A stretch of DNA of 62,860 nucleotides, the filler included, from Asterionella formosa (Eukaryota): NCBI GenBank assembly GCA_002256025.1. It is 13 parts of 13 records of this genome, joined end to end, with 100 filler letters (N's around TTAATTAATTAA, not from the genome) between each part and the next. Parts side by side here need not be neighbours in the genome. Positions count along the whole stretch, not along the records: positions 23,197 to 46,254 come from NKIB01002539.1; positions 46,355 to 47,766 come from NKIB01002557.1; positions 47,867 to 49,278 come from NKIB01002558.1; 10 more parts are not named here. One strand, written 5' to 3'. Positions within the stretch are counted from its first letter, which is position 1. Each line of letters begins with the position of its first letter. A model generated the notes under the pieces. It was not told where the DNA came from. It made no database searches and was given only the letters and a program-made list of their open reading frames with translations. A program made the position numbers and the translations under genes. Shown piece after piece: positions 36,301-49,378 of the stretch.

Positions 36301-37353
36301 TTCAAACCTCCAAATGCTACGATTGTCCAAAAAATTGCAGATTGTGGCCAGGGCCGTCGGAGGTAAGACCAACATTGGTGAAATCGTCATGACTATCAAC
36401 GGAGCACCGAGAATATTCTTGTTGACGTCTACCATCCCCTCTCGACACGCTCGCATAAGCAAGCGTCCCATAATCGACCATGAGTATCGTGGAAGATCTA
36501 TTGTTAGCTTACTGGTTTCTGCTTTCTGTGCAATTATATCGGGATACACGTCTGGCATGTCTTGTATTTCTTTGAGCGCTCGAGCAATAAGTCGATTCGG
36601 TGGAAGGTGAGCAGGCAACACCATACTGCCTCGTTCCAAGGCATGTCTTTCCAGACGCCGAAACTCCAGAGGCGATTTGTCTGAGGTAGTTTGTTGCAAT
36701 CGTCTCGAACAAGAACGGGCGGAACATGCTAGCTTCAGCCACAACACCGGGTCCGAGTCATCCAAGTCCGATGCATCGCTAAGAGCCATGAGAGCGAGCC
36801 GAGTGTCATCCGTATTTTCCCATCCAATCAATGATAGCGGTTTCACAATACACTTGTCCAGTACCTGCGCGTTTGTTGCAGTTTGGGTAGGTGTTTGACA
36901 AGCAATCAGAAGGTCAGCATAGTTTAACAATGCTAGGTATGCAATCTCCCTGACTGTTGTCTGGTGACTGGCCGACTTGACATCCGGAGATGTGGGTCGG
37001 TTTTCCAAGGCGAACCCAAATTTTTGCGAGTCCTTCTCGGCCATCTCTCTGACGGTCTGCAGCCAAGTAGGTCCGTAATGGGCAATCAATGGATCAATCA
37101 AAATAGCTTGCTCAAAAGTCCTTCTGGCTGCCATGGCCACTCGCTGCAACTCCTCTCGAGTAGCGGCATCCACGGTTGCTTTGAAAACCATAGAATGGGC
37201 CTTATGCAGTGCACCGATGCAGGACATGGCTAGTTTGTATGCCCTTGTCAATCTCGACATGGCGGCCTCCACTGTCTCGGTGGAGTTGATTTTGAGGGAC
37301 CCTTCCATCTCTTGCGTGAGGTCCCGCTTGACATTGGCTGCTTCCCATATCAT
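30307..37353 (-). CDS. CABIN1: CABIN1/Hir3-like HIRA-complex subunit (~2294 aa); exons 37353-32065, 31972-31341, 31270-30307
   Basis: LALLNYADLL, LDDSDPVLWLKLA, WDLHFMIGK|CHEK, VEVLYRLHASRLK motifs; 92- and 70-nt GT-AG introns join three ORFs in frame. Confidence 0.8.
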
Positions 37354-38329
37354 TGTTGTCGTTGTTTAATGGTGCTGCTGATGACTGCTGCCGAGCGAGA
37401 CGTTATTGTGTGTTTGTGAAGCTAAGAAATGTAATACTTGTAGAAGCAACGTGCACGGATGCTCCTAGTCTACATTGGTCAACCTGATATTTATATGTTG
37501 GGGCATCAAATCAATAATGTTGACTCCAGATAATAAAAAGTACTATGTAGTCTAATAGGGTTTTATTTATTGACTCATGGACTCGTCCAAGCTTTAATAA
37601 CAAACCCGGAAAACAGGAAAAGTTTAATGATATGATACAAGCATTATTGTTGAATGTGGGCCCCATGATTTTCTCAGGCTCAATTGTGAAAGCTTTCTAT
37701 CTGCCTTTATAGTATTTATAAAATATAATATAAATGTCTAGTAAAACTTAAAATTGGCAACTAGGTACATTTCAAAAAAAATTCGGGCTTTTTCGATTTC
37801 ACTTTTGCCCATCTCGAGCAAAATGTACTAGAGGATAATGCCTGAGCCCCTTTTATGGCCACAACTCAATCATAACAAGCGGATTGAAGGATCAGTGAAT
37901 TGTTGAGTGATTGGAAAGGAAACAGTCAGCTCCGGTTGTTTCATGCAAAATGATGTAAGTAGTCCAAATTGGTGAAGGTTTTGTCATTGTATTGTTTATG
38001 TTTCCAATTTCTCAACCGTGCTCTTGCTTCCGTCATTAAAGTGCTTCATTGTCAACATCGTTCAGAGAACTCCCATTCGAATTGACTGATGGTAAAGGAT
38101 TGGTGAATTGCGATGATGGCAATGCTTGGGCTCGAAAAACCAACATGATTCAAACATTTTCAGAAATTCTCTATTGCTGTAGTAGGACTCAATAATGAAT
38201 TTGTTTCTTGTTAAAATATAAAATAATTATTAACGTTGCCAAAATAATACACTATTATGGAAATTATTTTGCTATTAACCTTAAAATGATTATCCTCATA
38301 CTGTTATGGGTTTCTCAAATGAGTTATTG

Positions 38330-39760
38330 GGTCCAAATCAAGGTACACCTTGTATGGGCATGTCCAAAACAAGGTATACCTTAAATTGGAAATGATGATA
38401 TGATCGGTTAACCAATACAAGGTGGATGCGAAATAGGAGAACCACTACAAGGTTCACCTTCTTGTATTGGATATTAAACCCTATTTCAGAGAAACTATAC
38501 AATAATCATCTTTATAGCGCATTCTTACTATTCTATTGCTAGAGTTGCCATCATTGCGCTTCATGGCCCATATAAGGTGGGGCAGCAGTGGAAAGGTTAG
38601 GTTGGTAGTCACTTCCTCATGTGCAAGTAGTTTAAAAAAGTTGAGGTAGCTTTGTTCTTGGTTCAGTTCTCTATGACTGCACTTCTTGTGTCAGCCGAAG
38701 AATTGGATGACGAGTGTGGATTGGGTTGTTAAATATTTCCATTTTGGCCCCACTTCTGGTGATTCAATTTGAAGTCTCCATAACAATTGGTGATTCCAGG
38801 GCTTCCAAGTCATTGTTTTTGTCTCTGTCTTCATAGTCTTCGTTATCACAAAGTTTATTGCTTTGAGCAGCACATCCAGCTCTGGCTANNNNNNNNNNNN
38901 NNNNNNNNNNNNNNNNNNNNNNNNNNNNNNNNNNNNNNNNNNNNNNNNNNNNNNNNNNNNNNNNNNNNNNNNNNNNNNNNNNNNNNNNNNNNNNNNNNNN
39001 NNNNNNNNNNNNNNNNNNNNNNNNNNNNNNNNNNNNNNNNNNNNNNNNNNNNNNNNNNNNNNNNNNNNNNNNNNNNNNNNNNNNNNNNNNNNNNNNNNNN
39101 NNNNNNNNNNNNNNNNNNNNNNNNNNNNNNNNNNNNNNNNNNNNNNNNNNNNNNNNNNNNNNNNNNNNNNNNNNNNNNNNNNNNNNNNNNNNNNNNNNNN
39201 NNNNNNNNNNNNNNNNNNNNNNNNNNNNNNNNNNNNNNNNNNNNNNNNNNNNNNNNNNNNNNNNNNNNNNNNNNNNNNNATTTTCCACTGCTCCTGCAGT
39301 AAGCTTTGTTTGCTTTTCCATCATCTCCTCCTCCTCTTTCTGCATTCTCTTTCCGTAGGATTTCATTAATATCTTTTGGCTCTGTCACACATCTATGATT
39401 TGTTCTTTCGTTGCTTGGTTGGCCGCTTGGATAGCGCCTTTTGTCATGGTGAATTGGTCGGTTTTAGGAATTATTAACTATTGGGACCCAGAGGTCCCTT
39501 TAGCTTAAGTACCGCTAAATTCTGTGATCAGCACAGTAGTACTGTAGTAGTCTTTTGTGAACTTGCCTCAATTCTTTTTTGCCAAAAGTATTTCAGAGAA
39601 ACTATGAAACTATTCATACCTCGTTCAGGAAAAAATTCCGGCCATTTCGTGAAATACCTATTAAAAAAAGAGCCTTTTTCCTTGTATTGGCGAGAGCACG
39701 GATTCGCAACCTTAACGATGAAGCTATGTATGCCAATACAAGGTCAACCATGTTTTGGTA
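38330..39760. mobile_element. Probable degenerate DNA-transposon relic
   Basis: Clusters of ccaatacaaggt/cttgtattgg at both ends in inverted arrangement; tatttcagagaaactat at ~38482 and ~39589; decayed minus-strand ORF around an N gap; ends not defined. Confidence 0.4.
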
Positions 39761-40588
39761 AATTTGCTACAACTTAAGTCTTTTCTTTTTCTGTGTAATT
39801 TTTGGTTTTACCGGTAATTATACATAATTATTCGAAAACTGAAAAAAATGACAGTAACTTGCAGGTACAGTACTGCGGGGGTAAGGTGTACTCCGGTATA
39901 GCCAGGAGTAAAAAATGCGTAGTGATTGTACCAGGTACCACCTGGTACCATCGCTGATGGGCGGTATAGTACAGCTTTGTTGTCCACAAGCAATGCCATC
40001 ATGTCTTTCATTCTTCGTACAAATTCTACGAACTGCCGGAATGCTATGAACGTATAACATGGAAGTCTGTCGGTATGTACAAATAGCAAGCTAAGTCATA
40101 TTTATATATATATATATGTATATATGTTTCATTTTGTAAATTTGTCAACTCGCTCACTCACATCTCCTACGCCAGTGACTGCCGGAATTCATACATTTGG
40201 ACAACAAGACAACTGTAACAGTATATCGGTAGCTAGTATTCTACTCCACTTTCCCTCATTCTCAGCCTCAGCCTCAGCCGCAGCACACCATCAAGGGGGT
40301 ATACAGAATACATTGACAGCAACAACGACTCTTTCTACATTAGCGAAATCGTAGGGGGTCATAGCAACGAAACTATTGTGAAGGACTCAACTCCCATTAT
40401 CACTTGAGTCTTCCCTTCAATATCCGCCCGTCCACGCTTTGGAACTCAAATTAAAGCGGTGTATTGTATTGTTTGCAGTCGTATAGGCGACAGAACCTAA
40501 TCTCTGATCATACCTGGAAGTCCAGGACATTAATTGAACTAGAAATACACATCGAAGACCACAGCGCAAGAAAAGCATTGAGGCAACA

Positions 40589-43500
40589 ATGTCATACCCA
40601 TTCACCAGGTCCGAAGAATGTGGATGGCAACCGGAAGAAGTCGCCAGACATTTGGCATCCCTAATAAGTAGCAATCAACGTACACCCGCCGGCCTTGAAT
40701 CAAACCATAACTATTTGTTGAGCAGAGGATGGTCATCTCATCAAGTCCCTCAAGTTCGTCAGCTCTTTGGAACTAATATCATGCATAGAGAAAAGTTCGA
40801 AGAAGGAGCCAAGGGAGCACTTCACAGAATAATCAGCAAATACTGTCCTTTTGGGCCTCCTATAATTTCGGCACTCAGTGGTCAACTGAAGGAACCATTG
40901 ATTTTGATGTTGCTGGGCTCAGCTGTCATTTCCATTGCACTGGGAAATACAGCCGATGCGATTAGTATCGCGATCGCGTTGCTGATTGTATCCTTGGTGG
41001 CGGCGGTCCAAGAGTATCGATCCGAAGCTGCGCTAGAAAAATTAGCGAACCTAGTTCCACATACGTGCACCGTACTCCGCGATGGGCGTGTTCTAGATGG
41101 ATTTTTGGCTCAAGAGCTTGTTCTTGGCGATTTGGTTCTTTTGACCACGGGAGATCGCGTTCCAGCCGATTGTCGAGTGGTGGATTCCGTCGAAATGATG
41201 CTGGATGAATCATCACTAACGGGAGAAAATCATCCTGTGCCGAAGACTGGTGAAGGTATACCCTTGTCTGCCTCGCCCCCCTTGACACAACAACGGAATA
41301 TCATTTTCACTGGAACTCTCCTGAATGCAGGTAGAGGACGAGCCTTGGTTGTGGCTGTGGGGCCGGCGACTGAATTTGGAAAAGTCGCAACAGAACTCTC
41401 TTCCATAACAACAAGGAAGAGCCCACTTCAGCTCAAGATCGATGAACTAGGACAACGATTGGCAACCTTAAGCTCCATTGCAATTTTTCTGATTGCAGTG
41501 TTAGGGTGGATGATGGGGCGTCCATTTTTGGAGACAGTGACTGTTGCTGTGAGTTTGGCAGTGGCCGCCATCCCAGAGGGCTTGCCTATTTGTGTGACTG
41601 TGACTTTAGCGCTCGGTGTCTTGCGGATGGCAAGGGAAAATGCTATTGTCAAGAAGTTGCCAGCTGTTGAGTCCTTAGGTTGTGCCACTGTAGTAGCAAG
41701 TGACAAAACTGGAACTCTCACACAAAATGAAATGACTGCTCGATCGGTGTACACTCTGGCATTTCCGGACAATAATTTCGGCTTATCGGGGGTTGGGTAC
41801 GATCCCACTCGCGGTGAGCTCTTGCATACTGACTCAGAGGATTTCTCAAATCCGCCCAGGACTCCCAGGAAGGTGAACGTCTCGTGCCCTGAATTCACAG
41901 CCTTAACGGCACTTTTTCAAGTAGCAAGTTTGTGCAACAACGCCACCCTAGCGGGAACGGCTCAGGATGACCCTTTCTTGGAGAGTGGTACCAATTCGGG
42001 GCAACCAACTGAATTGGCTCTGCTTGTCGGTGCTGAAAAGAGTAGCATTCCGGATCCGCGTCCTTTGTATCACCGTGTTCAAGAGATTCCATTCTCCAGT
42101 GATCGAAAGCGAATGGAAGTGAGAGCGCGTCCAGTCAACGGCAATCATTCTTGCTTATCATTTACGAACGCCAATCAGCATACAAATGTTTCTTGGACCC
42201 GAAGTGGCACTAAAAGTAACTTAAACCATGACGGTTCCCTCTATTTTGTGAAAGGAATGCCAGAATCCGTTTTGGGAGAATGCTGGTCTCATACCGCTGC
42301 TGATGGAGGCAACTTGCAGCTCACTGATGACAAAAAGGCCCGAGTTCTCTCGCAGTCTCGTCGAATGGCTGCGGGCGGACTGCGGGTTCTAGCAATGGCA
42401 TACGGGCCTTCTGTAGATGACTTAACATTTGCTGGCCTCGTTGGTATGGAAGATCCTCCTCGAGTCGGAGTTGCTGATGCTGTCAAACATCTACGTCGAA
42501 ACGGTGTCAAGGTTCTCATGTTGACTGGTGATTCCAAAGAAACAGCAATTTCCATCGCTCGTCGATGTGGTATTTTGGGAAGCGATTTTGAAGATAATAA
42601 TCCTAGTTTTGAGCGAGACTTGAGTGATAGCGACTTAACTCAGAACCTTCGAGGAGCTTCAAGTAGCACCCTTTCTGACGTCGAGTTGGGAGCAAGCCTG
42701 GCTCTCAGCGGAGAAGAACTTGATGCGTTTCCAGCAGGGAATTTTGCAGACTCCATTACTGGTGTACGAATTTTTTATCGAGTCGCTCCTCGTCATAAAC
42801 TTGCTTTGGTGCGAGCACTGCAATCTCAAGGTGAAATTGTTGCCATGACTGGCGATGGTGTCAACGACGCAACGGCTCTCAAGGGAGCTGATATTGGAAT
42901 CGCGATGGGATTAAACGGAACAGATGTTGCCAAGGAAGCGGCAGACATAGTCCTCGCCGATGATGATTTTACCACAATTACCAAAGCAATCGCCGAGGGC
43001 AAGGGAATTTTTTTCAACATTCGAAATTTCTTGTCGTTTCAGTTATCGACATCCTTTGCTGCCCTAACCATGGCCAGTATAGCAACTGCGTTCGGTCTAC
43101 CTTCTCCACTGAATGCCATGCAAATCCTATGGATAAACATTATAATGGATGGCCCTCCTGCCCAATCACTTGGTGTCGAACCAGTCGACTCAGCAATTCT
43201 TAACGCCAAACCTCGCAAGGCTGATGATCCCATTGTGACAAGAGCACTCCTCGCCCGTGCCATCTCCAGCGCAACTTTGATTGTCTATGTAACCCTCAAA
43301 GTTTTCGCCAATGAATTAGATGACGGTAACGTCACTCGAAGAGATACAACCATGACTTTCATGACTTTTGTCAATTGTGATTTACTGAATGCCTATTGCT
43401 GTCGGTCGTCCGCGTTGGCTTTTTATGAAATGCGTCTTTTCGGCAACCCGACGTTTCTTTGGTCTGTCGGTGGTTCAATTATTGGCCAATTGTTGGTTGT

Positions 43501-43771
43501 ATACTTTCCTCCACTCCAAGAAGTATTTCAAACTGAAGCCCTGTCAACAATGGACATGCTTTACATTGTCTTGTTGTCGTCGAGCGTGCTATGGTTGGAT
43601 ACTCTGAGAAAAAAGTTCTTTAGCCGGTTTTTTAATGATGCTTATCATCCTAGTCCACGCGCAAAGAAATATGATGGCGAAAGCATGCATCGAGCCCGAA
43701 GTTGGATGAATTTTCGGCAGTTGGACCGAGTCGGAAGGAAGGGCAAAGGGAAACGAAACATGCTAGTCTAG
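40589..43771 (+). CDS. PMR1: Secretory-pathway Ca2+/Mn2+ P-type ATPase (SPCA/PMR1 type)
   Basis: DESSLTGE, AAIPEGLP, SDKTGTLT, MTGDGVND, ILWINIIMDGPPAQSLGVEP; single-exon 1060 aa. Confidence 0.95.
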   Translation: MSYPFTRSEECGWQPEEVARHLASLISSNQRTPAGLESNHNYLLSRGWSSHQVPQVRQLFGTNIMHREKFEEGAKGALHRIISKYCPFGPPIISALSGQLKEPLILMLLGSAVISIALGNTADAISIAIALLIVSLVAAVQEYRSEAALEKLANLVPHTCTVLRDGRVLDGFLAQELVLGDLVLLTTGDRVPADCRVVDSVEMMLDESSLTGENHPVPKTGEGIPLSASPPLTQQRNIIFTGTLLNAGRGRALVVAVGPATEFGKVATELSSITTRKSPLQLKIDELGQRLATLSSIAIFLIAVLGWMMGRPFLETVTVAVSLAVAAIPEGLPICVTVTLALGVLRMARENAIVKKLPAVESLGCATVVASDKTGTLTQNEMTARSVYTLAFPDNNFGLSGVGYDPTRGELLHTDSEDFSNPPRTPRKVNVSCPEFTALTALFQVASLCNNATLAGTAQDDPFLESGTNSGQPTELALLVGAEKSSIPDPRPLYHRVQEIPFSSDRKRMEVRARPVNGNHSCLSFTNANQHTNVSWTRSGTKSNLNHDGSLYFVKGMPESVLGECWSHTAADGGNLQLTDDKKARVLSQSRRMAAGGLRVLAMAYGPSVDDLTFAGLVGMEDPPRVGVADAVKHLRRNGVKVLMLTGDSKETAISIARRCGILGSDFEDNNPSFERDLSDSDLTQNLRGASSSTLSDVELGASLALSGEELDAFPAGNFADSITGVRIFYRVAPRHKLALVRALQSQGEIVAMTGDGVNDATALKGADIGIAMGLNGTDVAKEAADIVLADDDFTTITKAIAEGKGIFFNIRNFLSFQLSTSFAALTMASIATAFGLPSPLNAMQILWINIIMDGPPAQSLGVEPVDSAILNAKPRKADDPIVTRALLARAISSATLIVYVTLKVFANELDDGNVTRRDTTMTFMTFVNCDLLNAYCCRSSALAFYEMRLFGNPTFLWSVGGSIIGQLLVVYFPPLQEVFQTEALSTMDMLYIVLLSSSVLWLDTLRKKFFSRFFNDAYHPSPRAKKYDGESMHRARSWMNFRQLDRVGRKGKGKRNMLV

Positions 43772-44043
43772 TCGTACCACCTATATAGAAGATACTTTTT
43801 TCTTTTATCTTATCAGCAGCATTCAAACAGTTGCCATACTCCTGCTTTACTTAGAAATGAAGTCTGAATTCGCGTATGGTCCAAAGCACACCTAGGACAT
43901 ATCAATGGATGTCAAGTGAAGTCCTGGCATACTCGGCTCTGTATATAGTATTGCTTTGATTGAATTGCAACATAACTCACATACTTGCGTTCGTTTCCTT
44001 TATGTATTCCTGGAAAGGGACGTGATTGTTGATTTACGTTATT

Positions 44044-45931
44044 CTAGATGGTTAGATTGCAGTCACGTAGTTCCACTGCCGTCGGATGGTCTTGATACGT
44101 CGCTGTTAATTGCAAATCATTCACCCCTATCTCATCGTAAATTATTGGTGCCGAAACCCAAGGCATTCTTCGTGTAAGATGGTAATGCATACCTACACCT
44201 CCGGCAGCAGCAGAAATGATGATAATAATAAAAACCAAAGCGAGCCCCCCCGAACTGCTCAACAAGAGCTTTTCACTTTGTTCAACCGCCACGAGGTCGG
44301 AGTTCTTTGGGGCTGCTGTACAGTCCCGATCTCTCTTAGCAATTGGAATAGTTTGATTAAGTAAAACACTTATATCACACAGATCATGCTCCTTTTGGCA
44401 CCCCTCAATCGTATCCGTCAGAACTTTGCCATTATAGATCAATCGAAAGCTATAGTCGCTAGTATAGACATTCTTGTCTGTCTGACCATCAATAAATTCA
44501 TGGATTTCTAGCAACAACATACTGGCATACGGTGTCCACTCGGTTCCATCCCACACGTTAGGACCCAATGTTGCAAGTAATGGCAGGATGGTCGAATCGT
44601 GACCGGAAAACAAGGCTAGCCGATTTCGAGGCATTCCTCGATCATGGCTGTTCTCTGGCGAAATGATGGGAAGAATATTTTCCATAATTTCGGCCCACAT
44701 GGGTCCCATGGCAAGTTTTGCATAAGCTGCGTCACTAAACATGATGGGAAACATGGCGGATTGCGTGGCCTGGAATGAGTGGAGAATGCGAGATGACGGT
44801 GAGTTAACTAAGCAATAAGCGAATCTGTCCGCTATTCTTTATTTCGCTCACATAATCCAGAATCCGTTGAAAAAGATTGTCTCCCCACTTGCTGTGATGC
44901 TCCTCGTCGTGACCTTCTCCGTTGTGCATACGTCGTTGACGGTGGTTGCCTTGGAAATCATCAAGGACCTCAGGAAGCGCCCGATCAGTACACATGGTAG
45001 TCATTAAGCAATCGATAGCCCCAACCATGACATCGCCTAGCTCTTCTTTCATAAATTGCCGCATCGTCGTTGCTTCTTTAGAGTGCTCCAATCTCTGCCA
45101 AGCAGTGGAAGACATCGCCTCGTTGGATAAATCTGTTAACTTGGGACACAAATTTTCGGCTGGAGCCAGAATATCCCTATTTCGATCGGCAATGTGAAGA
45201 GGAATGACGGGATAAGCTCCATTTGATTGTGCGTGCTGCGCAAATTCAGTTCCGAACAATCCCCGCAGCAATATTTGTCCACTCATGATTGTACGCTGAT
45301 CATCGTCCGATCTGAAATAGAGTGTTGGCTCTTTGTACGGCGGTGAGTCTGTTTCCGCAAGATCCAGTAACCTCATTGTGATGTCATGATCCAGCTTGGT
45401 ACCGTCGTATACATAGGCAGCGCGAAGATATTCCCCATTCTTCAAGGATTGTTCATATCCCTGAAACAGCAATTGTCCACTTTGGCAAGTTCCGTTCAAT
45501 TCGTTTCGCAGATTGTCTTGAGGAAACAGCAGTGCGTCATATTTTTTGCTGAACAAGAACATGGCATCACTACCAGCAGGAGTCCATCCCTCTTCGTGTT
45601 GCACCGAGTATGGATCTGGGGGAGCCACAAACGTCGTAAGATCGCAATCCCATTTGGCAGTGTCGTGATCTGTCCAGAATCCATCCCAGCATTTGAGGCC
45701 GCTGCTATATGGCGTGCGTGCCCCATGTCGAATTACGGCCGTGACATGCACCAATCTTGAGTCACCAGCATCAGTATTAGGTGCGAGCGGGGGGATAGAA
45801 CGGTTGGCCATCTGGACCGGAGTCGAGCAGTACGATGGATATGCAGCATATCGAGTGTACCAAGTTGAATTCTTGGGTTCTGCGGTCACCATGGTTATGG
45901 CGGTGAGGATAACAGTCAGTTTCAGTGCCAT
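44044..45931 (-). CDS. Histidine acid phosphatase (branch 2), type I membrane protein; exons 45931-44852, 44769-44044
   Basis: Signal peptide, RHGARTP, RTIMSG, SGHDSTI, PYAS motifs, C-terminal TM; 82-nt GT-AG intron. Confidence 0.93.
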
Positions 45932-46354
45932 TTTCGATAGAAGTGATGGCTGGCTGTTGGGCAACAGAGTACAGTACAGTAGTTAACGGGAGAACGATGA
46001 TTGTTTAACGTCGAGCGAAGTGTGAGGAGGCAGACTTTCCACTTCACAGTTCGTATGTAATAATGATGCAATGTATTTCTTGCAGACTTTCTTATTTTTT
46101 TAGCTAATAAATAACAGAGGGAATGGAGTAAGTACATCAGCCATATCTAGTCAATAGCCCTTTGATCAATGATTCCTACATATGTACTGTACCATGGCTG
46201 TATCTGATACTAACTAACTACCGGCATGCATAAGTAGTGCTTTCTTATCAAAGCNNNNNNNNNNNNNNNNNNNNNNNNNNNNNNNNNNNNNNNNNNNNTT
46301 AATTAATTAANNNNNNNNNNNNNNNNNNNNNNNNNNNNNNNNNNNNNNNNNNNN

Positions 46355-46700
46355 CCTTGTTGAATTTTCCACCCAACCCATCTTCTATCCATTCTTTTGG
46401 TTTCAATTGTGCAATATCGGAACGATCGTATTTCAATTTTTGTTGTTGTTGCTGCTTTGATGTCGCAGATCCTGCGTTTGATGTTTTGCTCGTCTTGTTG
46501 TTCGCAGATTCCTTCTTTTTCATTTTCTTCGAATCAAACAATGTTTCAATTTCATCAATACCACTCTTGTCCGATGTGCCTATGCATCGAACTACTACCG
46601 GTGCGCCTTCTTTCTCATTCCGCTCATCGTCTGGTAGTGTTCGTTTCGGCATTGGGATTAATTCATGTACTATTGGGACAAGAACATGAATGATTTTCAA
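46355..46700 (-). CDS. Partial hypothetical ORF running into the linker
   Basis: Open K/E-rich frame ending ...KPKEWIEDGLGGKFNK; start and family unclear. Confidence 0.35.
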
Positions 46701-46894
46701 CGGGTCATGTATAACAAATGAGCAGAGTGAGGTCCAACATTATAATGGTTGGTAAGCAAACATGGCGGCCCCTGAGTGGGTGTACTGGTATTGTGCCCTG
46801 CTGCTCTCGGGGGGATTACTATTGGTAATTTGTAGTACTACCGGTAGGGAGAGTGCTCGGAATATTGTATACATAAAACGTTCACGTTAAAATA

Positions 46895-46995
46895 AGGAAA
46901 ATGATATGTAGCTACCAGTATTTCGTCCCCCTAACCCTTATCTTCCGATGGTACCTTGGAAGAGTCTAAGGTTAGGGATAGTTTGACGAAATATC
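46895..46995. mobile_element. MITE family B copy 2 (inverted; TA-site insertion in left TIR)
   Basis: AGGAAAATGATA[TGTAGCTACCAGTA]TTTCGTCCC; CCTTGGAAGAGTCTAA is the reverse complement of 20631-20646. Confidence 0.65.
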
Positions 46996-47235
46996 GAAAT
47001 CATAGTACCCGGTATATAGGGGTACCTGGTACCAGGTAGTCTACCGGGTTTCCCAATTCTAACCACGCCGACTACCAGGTACCGTACTGATGAGTGATGA
47101 CCTTCCTCGCTTGTGCACCCCCACCCCCACTTTGGTCGTGTACAAAACAAAATTTCATAATTGCTGATGATTCCTTCTTGCTTTGTTGCAAAAAGTCGTT
47201 CATTTTCGTACACCCCACCAAGTCTACTTATTATT

Positions 47236-47322
47236 TACCTGTACACCATATGGTATTTCCGAAACCCTATGTATATTTTATCTACCTGTACACCATATGG
47301 TATATCCGAAACCCTATGTATA
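47236..47322. repeat. ~48-bp tandem duplication
   Basis: tacctgtacaccatatggtat(t/a)tccgaaaccctatgtata occurs twice. Confidence 0.9.
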
Positions 47323-49378
47323 GAGATACCGGTAGTTCTGCCATGATAATACCGGTTCCGGAGTCGCACCTATTTACTCTCGTAACGGACAAAATTGAAA
47401 ATCACGATGAATGAAATATGATAAAAGCAACGGCAAAGCCAAGCATCTTCGTTCGGTACAGATGCTTACCAATATGTCTTCGTAGCAATCATTCTCACTG
47501 TCCACAGTAGGTACCTGTGTATGTGCGTTTATGTGGAACCAAAAATATATAAATGACCTCCTTGTGTTGTTTTATCGACTACATATGCCGGTATACTGGT
47601 ACACCTGTAGGTTACAAAATGTACTAGTACCAGTTGAACGATTCTTTGGAGGCGGAGTCCTGCAGGGACAAACCAGCAATCATTATATTCTTTTGTCGAG
47701 TAGAATTTTTATATGCCCTTGTTGTTCATGTGTATGTATGTACTCCGAGTAATGGGCATCTGGTACNNNNNNNNNNNNNNNNNNNNNNNNNNNNNNNNNN
47801 NNNNNNNNNNTTAATTAATTAANNNNNNNNNNNNNNNNNNNNNNNNNNNNNNNNNNNNNNNNNNNNCTGGTATACCGGTAGATGTGTCTATGATGGGCGT
47901 TAGACGTGTGACTCGTTCCCGACTGATACATTCAGGGCGGCTTTCATGCCCTACATATTCGAACACGATCGCATCGGTCGTTCTGCCTGTACATATATTC
48001 ATTGTCATGGTACCTAGGTACCAGTACCGGTAACTGGTATAGACAGGGACTTTCCCAAAACGGGATGAAACAGTAAAAACTATTAGGGTAGAAAATTCAA
48101 CTGCCCATGATTGGAATTTGCACCATAACTACAACCCAATTGCACCACGATACTTAGAGTACGGTACCGGTAGTCTATCGATGCACGTAGTACCAGGACC
48201 GCTTGTTGTTTAATTTTAGAACCATACGTATACTGGTACAAAGTGTCATTGTCGATTTGCCGGGACTGCATTGTCAGCATGCTTGGAATATAACACGGGG
48301 GGGTATCATGCTTGCTATTGTGGAATCCGTCAAATGAGAAAGAAGCCTAAAAAAAAAAGGTACTTGTTTAGTACCAGTTATCGGTATGTTCCTTGGTGCT
48401 GCTGGCTGTGGTGGTCAAACAAGGAGTCATTTTGTGTTCTCTTTGCTTCGATGCATCAGTCTGGGACAATATTGCAGTTATGATATTGGTATGAAAGCAA
48501 AAACACACTCTGTTCGTTTCGTACCGGTAAAAAGATATATAAATAAGAAGGCCATTAGTTAATCAAAGCACTTCACTCCTACAGCTTAATAAGTAATAAG
48601 AATACTGGTACGTAAACTGTAGACTGTCGTAAATTGATCAAAAACGGTAAACCTTAAGGGTCGTTCTTATCATTCCGATGGACTTTAGTTGTTGTACCTG
48701 GTACCAGGTTCCAGTACCTTCGGACATTATGTAGGTTTGGAATCTAATACAGACCAGATACAATCTCCTTTAGAGGATGAATACAAACCAACTTTCCAGC
48801 AGTACCCAGGTACACGTTCAAATAATACGGGGTAGTACGTCATGGCTAATAAGTAATACCGGTGGGTTTGAACCTATAGTTATTGGAATTAGAAAAAGGA
48901 ATCCGTGAAATTACCGGGACCTGGTAACGGTACTCTAAATGAATAAACTGCGTTCACTTGTGCTGCAGTAGTCCAAAAAAATTGCTGCAGAATGCATGTG
49001 GAACCATGTTTGCACCAGAAATCTAGGGGAAATCCCTGTTATAGTTGACTGAAGCGAGGATGGCAACGTTGGAACAAGGCAGTCAATCCAAGGAAAGTAT
49101 AGAAAGTTTAAAAGAAATCCGGAAGATCATCACTACTACTAGATTTCGATTGTCCTCCCCGCTTTCGTTTCGCTTTTTGTTCAGATCGTTTCTTGGCTTG
49201 AGTCTGTTTGGCTACATCCGCAGTTCGTCGCCTATGTTTTTGTTTGTCCTTGGCTCTAAACTCATCAGTCATTCCCGANNNNNNNNNNNNNNNNNNNNNN
49301 NNNNNNNNNNNNNNNNNNNNNNTTAATTAATTAANNNNNNNNNNNNNNNNNNNNNNNNNNNNNNNNNNNNNNNNNNNN

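Noticed and set aside
47867..48008. Minus-strand ORF start resembling diatom BspA-type LRR proteins
   Set aside because: Under 50 codons before the linker; no repeat visible
48044..49038. Possible hAT-like element with CAGGGA(C)TTTCCC ends
   Set aside because: Only ~12-bp imperfect TIR, flanks not a clean 8-bp TSD, single copy
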